The position numbers and the translations under genes were made by a program. Below, piece after piece: positions 11,366 to 24,569 of a stretch of 64,000 bases of DNA. The stretch lies in NCBI GenBank assembly GCA_977030845.1, contig OZ365109.1, forward strand, positions 62,496,001 to 62,560,000, read 5' to 3'. Position 1 is the first letter of the stretch, and every line of letters starts with the position of its first letter. This DNA is from Fimbriosthenelais zetlandica. Lineage: Eukaryota. Under the pieces are notes generated by a model. That model did not search any database. It had not been told where the DNA came from and worked only from the letters and a program-made list of their open reading frames with translations.

Positions 11366-14300
11366 GAACTCCAAATGTACTCAGCACACTGCTCTCGGCA
11401 ATGAGAATAGATCACCCCCTTTACTTCATACAATTGCCTGCATTGTACAACAATGCTTTAGGCTATGGTTGTACAATCTAAGCCTTCCAGTAATATATAC
11501 TTTATTCATTCACATGTAGATTTGTTCATTTGGTCTCAATTCCCTCGAGTTATGCGAAATTAAATTTTAATGATCTGTCCTGATGCTTGTAGGCCTCGAG
11601 TAGGCCTTAAGGGTGACCGGAAATTCGTATTGTAGGCTTTAACATTGTAACATTAAAAGTCGCAGAAATAAGGTCTGATTGGAAATATGGAAAAATGAAG
11701 TGCCTTTCTACCTAATATGTTACATGGTCAATCAAGTAATAAGGCAAATATTAGGTTGCATAATGATATAAAGATTCTGGCTTTTATGGATCATAGCAGG
11801 AGATTGTTTTGATCAGTAGAGGATGTTAGTTCAGTAGGAAATGAAGATCACCACAGAGGCAGTCTTTATGTATAGAGAAAGCATTCATCTTGTTTCTAGA
11901 AGAAGTACATTGATGAACCTTTATGGAAACCGAACATGTATATACTGAGAGAATCACCCTCAGCTTCTGTTTACCTACACTGCGGGACAGGATCATTTGT
12001 CGAATATTCTAAAAAACCAAGTAAAAAAATGCTTATCACTTCCTTCTGTTGTCTTCCAACAAAATGTTGAATCCGCGGAGTCTCTTAGGAAATTGAATAA
12101 TTCATTCATTGGTCTAGCTCATCAACATTCAGAGATCCTTGCACTTCTCTCCCCACGCGCAGGGGCCTTTGTCAGCCTTTATTCTTTTAAAGTTTTTATT
12201 AGAAAGAAGGCCAGTCAGTGGGCGAGTAGAGACTTATATTTCAAATGAGTCACTCTCGTTTATTTGTCGACCACTCTCCATCTTGAAGGGCAGGCCAACT
12301 AACCTTGAGAATGACCAGGTTCAAGCAATCAAACGAGGGCCACACATTTTTACCGGTCACATTTCAACCTTGATCTATTACCAAAGATAAATTAATGTTG
12401 TAATATTTTTTAGAATTTTCTCAGTAACACCAAGAATGTGGCTCATCTGTGGCTCAGAAAACCCAATAGAAAACCATAGAAAATAATAAAGAAGCCGTAA
12501 AGGACTTATAAATATACGTTACAAAGTAAATTCCAGGGAATGATATGGCCAGCTAAAGTCCGATCAATCTCCATCCTGACACTGAAGCTGAGCCTGGCAT
12601 TGGTCTAATGTGTAGAGCAGGTTTATGCTGCTGTTAAGAGGGTAGTCTTAATGGACATTGCTCTGTTATAATGCTCCTTGTAGGCATGCTGGCTATGCTA
12701 AATTGTCCTTTCAAAGACGAGGAATATCCCCAGAAAACTAAACCTCAAACTCGCCGTAATAGTTCCGATCTCCAGAATTTCTTTATGGGGCGACTGGTTT
12801 TAATGGTTGCCATTGATGGTCGTTTGATTTTGGCCATGTAGAGACAAAGTAAACTGCCAGAGATTAGCCCCATCGATATTGATTGCAAAATTCGCAATTG
12901 GGGATAAATCTTGCAAAAGGTATTTTGACAAAATGTTCCTGTTAACAGGCATTCATGTACATAATTATTTTTGTTAGGGCCTTTGGAATCAGCTGTTGGA
13001 TATTATTACTAAGGTGCCCTGTTGAATATATGAATATCTGTACACATTTTTGATTAAGGGCAAATGGCATGAGGTCATATCTTGACCTCCTTGCCCATGT
13101 TTAGCATGCATCCTGTGATAGCATACAGCTTATACAGAGATTTTCTGGCAAAAGCCAAGAATATCGTTCAGCAAGTCTTATGTTTCCTGCATGCATGAGA
13201 AAAGAATTGACTATCATTCCTTTCTAAATTTCAGATTTCAAAAAAGAACAGATTTTAGATTATCAAGGAATTGGCTGCATCCATAAGGCTGCGGAAAATA
13301 CTATATATTTAAATACATTTTTTACAGTCATAAAATTATATCCAACAGTGTTGCCAAACCCTATTTGATGTATACAGCAAGAGAATCAATACAAATTTAG
13401 TTTAGTGACAGTGTAACTAATATGGAAGTTGCATCATGTTGTGATCATATTTGGAGCCTGGCACTTTTCCTGGTAGTGCGAAATTCAATCAAGCAGACAA
13501 CAAATGGCTATTTGGCGCGGGTCCTGGGCAATAATCATAGAAATAGAATCAGGATTTGCTATGGACCTCAGATGAGTGTCCCTATATGTTTGAAAACATA
13601 GTTATGTCCTCTTTCATAGCTCTTCTCTTGGGGACAAACACAGACCTAATTACTTCTGAGGTATTTAATTATGAGATCTTGATATTGCAATCTCGCCTGG
13701 TGAAATTAACAGCTCGTGCCAAGGCTAATATCCCAGTGAAAATTCTGATTGCAACAGGAAAGTCTGGTTTAAAAAGCACACGGCCTTGCTAAATAGATAA
13801 CAGTAACACCTCGTTTGTTTCCAAGCAATGTCTTGCCAGAATGATTTGTCAAGTTAGAATTTTGTTGAGTTCAAATTTGGACAATCTATGAACTACGGTA
13901 ATGTACATGGTCTGTATACATGTATACTTGTACTTTTTAAAACTGTTCAGACCTGATTTAACTGGTTATACAAGAACATTTATTTAACAAGCAATGCTTT
14001 GATGGATGCCAAAAACAAACATTCTGTGGCACATATCTCGAGGGAACCTATTGCCTTATACATGTATATTATGAACACCAGGCTAGTAAGTTAGAGCTCT
14101 TGTTTAATCTAATTAAATACAGTATGAGTAATTGTACGTAATAATTTACGCAGTTAATTTGCTGTTACTTCACAGCTAAAAGTTATTATAATTATTTGAG
14201 TGTCATACATGAATCTATGCAATTAAAATTGGGTCATACAGGATAATAATTATGTAGTGTAATCACGACGGAAACCGAATGAATATAATTATTTTGTCCA

Positions 14301-15927
14301 TAATGACAACTTTACTCTCTTTTGTAGCAGAATTATTGCATTAAGCCACCTAGGATGAGAGGAGAAGCAATGTCCTCCCGTCTTAAGTGACTATAAAGCG
14401 GTGGGTGACAGGTATAGCTTCTATCTGGGGGAAGCTATTGTGCTTATAGACAGTCACCAGTCGATTACATCCATGCACTTTATAGCAGAACAAAGTTATC
14501 ATCGCTGTAGGACCATGTTAGATTATGCTATTTTTAGACAACTCCCAGCAGCTCACACAGCCAGACACAACCATTCCGTCGTAGCTCGGGTTAGAGCCGA
14601 GCTGCTCTTATCATAATGCATAGTTTCCTTTCGCGCCTCCAGAAAATAATGGTTTCCGATCGACTCTCTTTCCTGCACGCCTTTCTTTGAAATTGACATG
14701 TTTCCTTGCTTCTTACGTCATAATCGGAATGTGACATTTTGTGACATTAATTTAGCTCCTTCGATAAATAAGGTGACGGATCAGAGAGTTATTGAGTATT
14801 TTCAAAAAATGAAATTTCAAATTAATGGATTTAAGTTGGAAAATATCAGGTTCCATTAAGAAGTTAACCCGAAATCTACATGTAGGATGCCATGGATGAA
14901 CGAAAAAGTTTGATCTACTGTATTACGAACCCAATACTAGTTCCCACGTCTTCATATCAATCCAGCCTCCCAGTCTTGACTTAATAATAAATGATTTTTT
15001 GCTTTATTCGATTCATGAGGAATGACTATAAACTACATCAGCAATGGAAGGAGACTGGTGTAAATTATAGGTCAGGGAGCAGCATGTAATGACTGGCAAG
15101 CTGTGTAATGAATATGTAATCTGCAATCAACTAGATCATTAGATAGTTCCTCCGATGTTCAGCTTGACAGGCTGCAACTAACGAGAATTAGTAGCAACAA
15201 GGATGTTTAGGTTCCTGACAGATTTTGGCTTTAACTTGTCATGCCATGATTTGCAATGCTATTCACTAAGACTTAGATTCAGTAATTAGTATTTGGATCA
15301 GTCTCTCCCACTCGGATGAATCGAGTTAGTCATTATTAAATACTTTTGAATATTTTTCTTGGCAATTAAATGACACTTTGAGTATGCTCCAAAATGACTA
15401 GAATATTGAAACAATGATGACCATGTACTATACGCAATAAATGTATTATGTAAAGTATATCGATAATATTATACTGGAATAGTAAAAATGCACACACATC
15501 GTTTCTCTAACGTTTCATGATAAATGACATTCAAATAGAAAATAAATTTCTGTGGTCAGAGCACATTGTCAAGTATTGTGCAGAATACATGATAGTGAAA
15601 CGCGGGGCAAAATGAGCTTCTCCGAGCCAATGTTAGTATTATCAAACTAGACGTCTGACACGCGATCTACTCTAAATAGGGATAGAGAGACTCCTGGCCA
15701 ATGACAAAAAACATCCCACTCTCAATGGTCCGCAGTTGCATGTCAAGGAAACTAGTTCTTTTATTATCTTAATTCTTCTTCAATGCCACCGGCACAAATA
15801 ATGGTGGCAAGAGGGTATCAAGGCGACCTTTAATTTCATATCGACCGATACCGTGTAGTCCGATGACCTTGGCAAGAAGCAATTGCCTTCATCTCATTCC
15901 TAGCTTGTCAGATTGGGTGTTAAGCTG

Positions 15928-15998
15928 GTGGAGGGGCGTGGGTTGGGGGTGAGGGTGGGGGTGGGGGGGGGGGGGGGGGGGGTGGAAGATGGGGGAGG
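15928..15998 (+). repeat. G-rich tract including poly-G (G-quadruplex-capable)
   Basis: Multiple G3-G5 runs and a homopolymer of about 20 G. This explains the poly-Pro ORF 15920-16108. Confidence 0.9.
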
Positions 15999-16179
15999 AA
16001 AGAGGGGAATGAAGGAGGCTGATTGTGTTTGGTAAAGCCAGTGATGGAAGATGACAATGGGTCGGAGTGGTGTTTCAACATGTTCCCATCATTTTGGGAC
16101 GCCCTCAATGAATCTGCACCTGTAATGGGGAGCTGGAATTAGGATTAGTTCCAGCAATGATGGGTCGTGTAACCGTATC

Positions 16180-16220
16180 CAAGGTCAAAAGGCAGATCAA
16201 GGTCAAAAGGCAGATCAAGG
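16180..16220. repeat. 18-bp tandem duplication
   Basis: CAAGGTCAAAAGGCAGAT twice, followed by CAAGG. Confidence 0.95.
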
Positions 16221-19200
16221 TTTCCAGCATAATTTCCTGCCTCATTCAGGTCTCTGGCACACTAAGTTGTTTCCTCGACTAACCGACAGTGTACATGTAA
16301 AATAAATTGCTAGGAAAAAACAAAACAATGTCCTGGGAGAATTTTTCAATGGTATTGAGTGACCGATAAAAATAACCTTCTGATAAAATGTTAAACAGTT
16401 GGAAGCCAGCCAGTTACCAACTGATTGAAGACGTTATAGTGTGTTTCAGTCGGGGCATTTTTATCAGAAAGCGCGCTGTCTCTGCCACCTCTCCTCTCCC
16501 ATCTCCCCTTGACAGGCCTGTACATAATTTGACTGGCTGTGTTGCTTTGCTGAAGCAGCTGTTGGTGGACGGCTTTAGAAAAGTCCATCCCCCGCCGCCT
16601 TGGCCTATAGAGATGGGTTTAACGCCCGTCAGGACGGCCGTAGAGTGGAGAGGATTAAGTGGTTCTGGTCAGTCGTTAAGCTGACAATGTCCATCTTCTT
16701 ACAGAATAGCAGCCCCAACCTTGGAGGTCAGTCTCTCCAAGGTTCAAGAATGTTTAAAAAAAGCGAATCTCGTTTATTGGAGCTTGAGAGCTTGCACGTT
16801 TGTTCTGCAACACTCCATTTCACAAAACAAGATTTTCTTTTACATATTAACTGATTAGCTGTGTGATGTGACATTTTTCATTTTATTTCGAACACTGATG
16901 GAGTTAAATATTAATCACGGTGTAGAAGCAGAATCATGTTATATCCGATGCCTCATTGACTGCTTGTACATCACTCATCCATCATTCTAATGTGTATGAT
17001 TCCACTTATTATGTATATTCACAGCCCAGGGATCTTTTACCCCATGCCTTTATTGGTTACTCACCTGTTTTTCATGACTATAATATCATACTCGCTTATG
17101 GAGTTGGTTTACAAAATTGGTTTTCAGATTTTAATACGTTCCAACTTCTCACATTGTTATTGCAATATGCCATATTGGAGGATAGGCTATTACTCGTAAT
17201 AAAATCTCTTCATATATGCAATGTCATACACGCACTTATGAAAGTTACAATGTAGATATTAAATCATTATTTCTCTGCTGAAATTTGATATCTTGATGCA
17301 TCTATACTGCAATATTATTCTTTCGGGGAAAAGAAATCTACCGACCTAAGGATTTAATCAGAGAGGAGTAGAAAGACCCTGGTTGTCATCAAATCATTAA
17401 TGGATTAAAGAGATTCCTGCACACCTTTTCCATTCCAGCCTATAGTTTTTATCCACCGCCCCCTCAGGCTCTGCCTTTTCTCAGCTGATTCCAAGTTCAG
17501 GCCATGCCAGTCTTTGTGTAGCCTTTATACTCTAAGCCAGAGATACATGCAATCTAATCTAAATATGAATATTGCCATTGGCCATGTGCAATATTGCACA
17601 TGCCTCAAGAGTCTAAGCAGGGGTCAGGGGAATGGGTTGCACCTATTTGGGGTCTGATGCATTTTCGCGCGACATGGCATCAAGCAGCAATGGGCAATGT
17701 GATTGATTGGAGCAGCGCGGTGCTCTTCATCCTTCTCAGCCTGAGGCAGGTAGGCCTAATACAGGTGCCAGGCCATGCCAAAAACATTCATCTCTGTGTT
17801 GCGAGACGATTGCTATCTTTCAGGCAATTAACCAATACATGGGTGTTTGAAATATTCAGAATTATCAGCATTTTAACGGTAACTTTAGATTCATGTTCCA
17901 TTGCTACAAAAAAATTTCTTGTTGAAGCTCCCATAACATTTATCATCTAAAATATCATGTAGATTTCTTGGCTTAGTTTACAGACCTGAGAGTCAAAAAA
18001 AGCTATATAGTGTATCCGAATGGAGGCGATGCTCACTGCTACATGGGGACATTGATTCATGTGGAACCTAACACCCCAGTTATCCCCTCTTCACTCGTTT
18101 GGCTCACTATTGCCTTGATGACTACGTTCAAGCCTCCACCTCCACTCCACCCATCCTCCCAGACAAGTTGTGGTGATGCTATCTTGGCACTCGTTTGGCA
18201 AAAACACCCAGCCGCTCCTGTATTTGGCTTCCCCCCACTCATGATGGAATATGGAGCAGGTGGGTGGGTTGGGGGGTTGTTTAGTTAGATAAGAGGGGGG
18301 GTTGACAGAGTATAGGGGTAGAAGAGGTGCTGGAAAATTGTCCCTAAATTCATTTGCTTATTAGCAATGTTCCAGCAGTGTCTGCTTCAGAGCTTCAGTT
18401 ATGTAGACGAGCGCCCACATTAATGATAGCCCATACAGCGCTTTTATTGAGCGCATAGTCCCCTTCCATTTAACCTTCGCAAACATAAACTGGGTGAAAA
18501 GTATCATAATTTGATAGAGCCTGTACTCTTGGTATTACTACCTAATCTCCACAGTCATTCACTCTGTAAAGGCTGAGTGGAAACATTAATGTCCTCTTGT
18601 CTGTGGCCTACCATCAGTGTTGTTATGGCAAAAGTTGGATGGCAAAAGTTGAATGTCGGCTGTACAGGCTGGTGGTTGGTCCACATATCGAGGCCATACC
18701 TCTAAATCAATATAAGCATTAAATTTGTTCGAGCAACTATAATTTATTAGTTATTCAAAATAAAAATAGATATTTTAATAGTCTGTTAAACATGAATTCC
18801 TACATTAGTTCCTACATTTCCAGTAAGATTAACGCAGTATGTGGTTTCCAGACTGGAGTGTGTTTGAATTTTATAGTCTGTAACCATCCTATCTAAAAAC
18901 ATGGCCCTCTCATAAACACCATTCCCAAGTGAAAGTATTACAAATTTATCTTTCTTCAAATACCTAAAACGACATTCATTTTATCCATAAAACGCCCATT
19001 AAAGTTGTCCCTTACATTAGCGTGCACCCTCTGAATATTTCCAGGGGGTTATTGCACTTAAGTCAAAACCTCACATCCGTTCACCGTGTTTAATACAATA
19101 TAATAAGCCACGCCTATAAAAAGACCATCTGGAAACTTTATGAATATTGGAAGAGGGATAAGGTTTCCAACTGGCGGGACCAACAGAAGAAACCACCGAC

Positions 19201-21006
19201 AGGGAAATGAGAAAACAAAGGTTTATCAGTGCCCTCTGAATGTCATAGCACCGAGAAACCATGACATTTACTACTCCAAAACGTTTTTTAATTCTATTCA
19301 GAAAACGATGCAGAAGACTTTAGGGCGGGGGTGTCATCCTTAAATATTACAATCTCCTAAGACAGACTATGACCTTCAATAGTTTCAAATTACAGAAAGA
19401 AAAACAAGGATGGAAAAACAAGGAACTATCGATCTTCAAGTGACGCCAGTGTTGGAGTCTCTTCTGCAAGTGACCGACCTTCCCATCTCTGTTACAGGAG
19501 AGTGGTATATATTGATCCATTGTAGAAGCAGACAGAGATCAAAAGGATGACGATATCAACATGGCAGTGGATCATATGTTTTACCATCTATATTTATATT
19601 GTCAGGTCTGGGGAGGTTGGGGCTTACTAGCAGAGAAAAATGACAGCCACAGAGACACCTATAGTAATAGTCTATATTCTACTGTATGGTCGCTGACACA
19701 AGCGATAATCAGATAGTATTTAGCATAATATATACCCGTCAGCCTATACAGAACCTGATTAATGAGATGTGTCTGTAAAATCATGCTCCAACAGACTGGT
19801 CTGATTAGCTGACACTTCCCTGTCTTACATCGATGAAACTCAGTCATGGCCTGTATACTTTTCATGAATAGAGCATTGAGAAGTAATTTTAATGATGGCT
19901 GTCCTTCCCGGCTGTCGTTTTACTGTCAAGGCAGTATAAAACTACTGTCTATGCATATGAAATATTGTTCACAAAAGATCACCGAAGTCGTAAAAGAAAC
20001 CATGAACATTATGTTAGGGATTTCCTATTCTTGAAGTTTGATTTTCCGTACCGATTCTCACCAAGAGCTTCCAGTCTCTAAAACAATCGGTCCATTATTC
20101 AAGTAACACTATTGAAATAATCCTGTATCCTGTATCAGAATGGGGCGATGAAATTTATTATACTTACTATGAACATAAAACATAAGAAAGAGATAGGTCT
20201 ATACTCTTATAAAATGCACGGGACGAAAAATTTACCATCCCTATAGAATACATAATGTATAACCCGTTATGGATATAACATCCGTATGCACTGGGTTGAT
20301 TATTCCTAAACTTTAATTGAGCTGTTGTTTACTTCATCTGAGGCCATGCTCATTTAGCTGTAGTACGTATGCAAAGCTATTGTCTTGTAGTTGTAGCTTG
20401 CATGCTATGGCTAAATAAAAAATGAGGTGTTAATTTCCGTCATTGCTTTACCCAAATTGGTCTATAAATCAATGGCGGTCAACGACTTAGAATCAACACC
20501 ATTTGAGCCTAATAATTATGTGTACTAAATGTGAGAAATAACTGCAGTTATAATTTATAATTATATAACTGGAAAGGTGTGTGAAAGATGGCATGTACGC
20601 GTACAAGCTATAGGTTGTAGAATGGAAGTGAGAATTTGGAACAGATGGCTCACGCATGCGCGTGATGATCATATATATGCAGGTTATATAATGTAAAGTC
20701 ATTTTAGCAGATGCTGAATCAGCATTATTCACCATTGATGTATTATTAGATTTTAGACCACGAAAAGCAATTTGCATGCAACACATGTGTTCTACAGCCA
20801 TCCCTGCGATGGAGGTGCACACTCTGTAAATTAAATACTTTTCATCACTGATTCCTATTGTACCATTATCCTCCATCAATATGCTCAAACCTCATACTGT
20901 AAGCAAACATTAATAATGTATAATATAACAAGAGCTGTGGGTTAAAGCTTTTTCTTGTAATTAAAATAAATGCTTTTAAAGTTGCACATGACAGCCCACA
21001 GACAAA

Positions 21007-21090
21007 ATCGTAGAGATCCCAAGAACCACCTGGAGAATGAGCTGCAGCCTTTAAATAAGTCTCCATCTAAGTACTCCTTATAGGTCGTAA
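21007..21090 (-). mobile_element. Possible DIRS/Ngaro gag (ORF1) fragment
   Basis: TYLKAAAHSPGGSWDLYD resembles gag Y..LI.KAA..YPG..W..YD..FR. It is short and isolated. Confidence 0.22.
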
Positions 21091-24000
21091 ACCCAGTCAG
21101 GAATCTTAAAGGTATCCTCCTGAACTGAAAATAACTCACCATTAGTTTGGTTAGCTTTCAATCTTCTGAAAGCAATTAAAATGTATTGTCCGGCTGAATA
21201 TATATTGTACAGTACATGGAATAAGGGCAAATGAGGGGATTCCTATATTTGCATTAACATTATCGCAACGGTCGTTATTGTGTCATGATCTTCAGGGAAA
21301 AGATAATGAGTATTTCTAATAGGGCCAACCTACCATTGACAAATCCCATAGTCCCAAGTCCTACAGACGACAATGTGATATAATCCCAGAGTGATTTACA
21401 TTACAAGGTCGATCATTATTCAAGGGTTAGGGGGCTTATATGGGTCTTCCAGTGTTATAGCTTATTACCACATATGACTACCCATAAGCACTGAATGCTT
21501 TCAATATCAGAGATAGTCAATTTAGATACCTGAACCATGTGCCACATGGATTGTCTTCTCCAGTCTAAACCGAAGCAGCGGTTGCATAAAATTCTCCAGT
21601 GATTTGTCACGATTAATTGGCAGTCAGGATCGGGTTTCGTAAGAACTTGCTTAAGTCTGAGTATTACAAGCTTCATTAGGAATATCTGGAGGAAGGAGGA
21701 GTGTGAGTTTGGATTCAGTCTGAATCCCATGCATAGCTGATAGATTAAAATCCGTCGTCTGTGTGTTGGGGTTTAAAAGCAATTTTCGCTATAAATATGT
21801 CTACTGCTACAACAGTACAAATAATGTCCGGATCCATTAAAAGTACGGTATAATCATTTATTGTTATTTAAAAATCATTATAATATACAAATGCGATCCT
21901 CTCAGACCTTTAACACATGTGGCGTCTCCTATTCGTCCCCACCTTCCTGCGACTTACTAAGTGAGACAGTGATACAACGATGGACTAATGTAACACATCT
22001 TCCGCACAGACATCCTGTGATGCTATTCTCAAAGGAAAAGTGTAAATCACAAAGATCTGTCTGATATTTATATACATGATCACAACTGACTCGAGTACCA
22101 AGTGCTGTGGGTGGAATCTCAACAGCTGTGATCAATAGGTTCCTCCAGGATAATGATCTGAAAAATGTTTTCTCTAAGTACACATGCCACCAGCTGACAA
22201 CTTTTATCTAATACGATTTCGTCTGCTATGGAGGGAGCAATGTAAAATCTGTCGATACATGGAAGTCCAATATACGATACCATGTTAGACCCGGGGCTTT
22301 GTACTGAGAAAAACAACCTTTCGTCTATTTTGTTCAATGTATTATCAGTCATGCACTCTGGGCTGCGCACTAGGCCTCGCGCCCGTACAGATAAGCTTTG
22401 CTAACGTTGCTTACAACAAGTTTAGCTCCCCTTGACCCTCGAGTTAAAATGCTTTTAGTCGAGCACATGGCCCAGAGGTAGATTTCCTCTTCAACACTAC
22501 ACATCGTAAATGCTGATATCGCCATCACCAAGCCGTCAGTTTGGGGCCATCCTCCACCAACCAGACGCTGTCTTCAATCCCTCGTGATTTAAGATGGTTA
22601 GATGGGCTACACATCACTTTAGTGTTGTATTTACGATAGTTACCATTGAAATTTTAAAAAATTCCGAAAGATGGAGGTTACTTAAATATACTGTAAAAAA
22701 CGGAATTGTGAATGTCTTGAGGTCAAGTAGATGAACATCTTCGGTTTTGTCTGGAGTTTCAAATGTACAATTGTGACAAATTCATGTCTATTTGAATAGC
22801 AACAACATGTCTGTATACATAGATACCAATAACGTGAATTAAGTTGAAGCTAAGGTGGGGGAACAAACAGTAGAAAAAATCAAACATGGACTGAATAGGC
22901 AGTCGATTTTTACTAATTTTAGTCTCAGCTTAATTGCTCTGCTGTCTATTTTGGCAACGCTCAAGGCCTAAATTTTTATACTGGAAATTGTATGTTTGCC
23001 TGACAAAATATAGACAAGTAGTATTCTTGGCTCCTCTTCCTCGACCTCCCACTATTGCGTCTTTCTCGCAAGCTATCCATCTACAGTGATCTACAACCGA
23101 TGGTAATGGCATTGCAGTGAAAAGGGGGCGACCCTGCTCAATACTGCACAATAAAGCCACCCTGGGCCTTCTCGTGCCTCAATTGCCATGTTCAACCCAT
23201 GACGTGTGGGTTTGGTCTTAGGTAAAAAGCTTTAGATACGGAGGTGTTAAGAGGAAATGCATATATGGTAGCAGAGATGAAAGACCGTGATGGAGAAAGT
23301 GATGGAAGGAGAGAGTGAGAGAGAGAGCTGTCAGGTAAGGGGTCGTCACGTGTGCCTTCTCCCCTACACAGAGTCACCTTCGTGCATAAAAGGAACCCCG
23401 ACCATATCATAATCTGCGGAGGAGAGACTATCTCTGACATCTATCTAAATGTCAAGACTCAGATTGCTGTGCATCAAGAAGGCTGGTTATGATAAGAATG
23501 TACCGTACTAGCAATTCAAAATGTGTGCTTATTAAACCTTTAATTCCCTTGATCTTAGAAGAGTAGACATTTCAGGTCGCACGATGAAATCACCATGGAC
23601 TGAATAACTGATGAAAGACACTTTAATAATTAGTGATTGTTTTCTTATGGCATATTTCATGTCCATGACACAGTACCTGTTACTAATTGGGCTTCCGTAG
23701 CCTCAGTCGCTCTCAAATCGTGGTTCACCTGGCATGTACCAGACCAATTCCTCTGTTGTATAAATAAATTATCACTGCTCCCCAGGCTTGTAATAGATGG
23801 ATTATGTAGAAGAAATCTCCGGGGTATTAAGGTAATCATTTATACCAGTACCTTCATCGTGCCACCATGGAGAAAACAATCTGTATTAATGTTTTCTCCG
23901 CCGACCTCTGAACAATGAATAATGACTTTTAAAGCCATTGGCAGCCAACCTACAATTGCCTTTTTATGGGAGAGACTATAAATTAGAGGTTCATGTGAAC

Positions 24001-24536
24001 TTACCCACTGGCTATTGAAGAAGTCAATGTAAGCTATCCACATCTGTAAGACATCCGTGTCGTTTTAGTTACTCAGTTCCTATACACAATATTACAGTGC
24101 TTTTCTGCATTGGATAATTGACCCTTAAGGCCAATGACGACTGTCTGCAATATATTATCTGTGTGAATAGCAACTACTCCACTTGCGGAAGAAGAAGAAG
24201 TCTTGAAGGGTAACAACAACAAATTGTCTTGGTCCTCCTTCTTTACCCAGTGCCAACTCTTCTGACTCAGTGCTGGTAGTAGGAGCAGAAGTAAGGGACG
24301 GCTTCCTACAACAGATACTGGCTTCACCATCCAATAACAAAGCAGAGACGGCAGCTGCTGCAAACAGCAGTCAGTGCTACTACTACTACCAACCCCACCT
24401 ACTACTAGCCTGGGGTGGAGCCTTCTCCTCAACCTCCACTACTGAGTCTTCAACAAGAACGCTCCTTCCTGCTGACTGAGTCTACTACCACCAGAACCAC
24501 CGACTACTCCAGTGCATTGGTGGCATGAGGGTGCAT

Positions 24537-24569
24537 GGTGGTGGTGGTGGTGGTGGTGGTGGGTGGTGG
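24537..24569. repeat. (GGT)n microsatellite
   Basis: About 10 GGT units, next to a trinucleotide-rich low-complexity stretch at 24170-24500. Confidence 0.95.

Noticed and set aside
14405-14459. Possible pre-miRNA hairpin
   Set aside because: It has only 6-bp and 8-bp stems separated by large asymmetric loops, which is not a miRNA-quality stem.
16600-16760. HECT-like peptide IKWFWSVV...LGG.SLQG
   Set aside because: It lacks the conserved RLLQFVTG segment and has no splice context or neighbouring HECT exons. The opposite strand gives an equally weak LINE-like MDFSKAVH, so both are probably chance.
17020-17090. CR1/L2 ORF2 tail-like DLLPHAFIGY..FHDYN
   Set aside because: This is a single short similarity in AT-rich DNA with no upstream RT evidence.
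22180-22290. L1/Tx1 endonuclease-like IDRFYI...DHS
   Set aside because: The spacing to the DH motif is too long and no other endonuclease motifs were found.
23700-23830. piggyBac-like ITS...LF...SGTCQVN
   Set aside because: The catalytic DN motif is not present, and no TTAA/TIR ends or other motifs were found.
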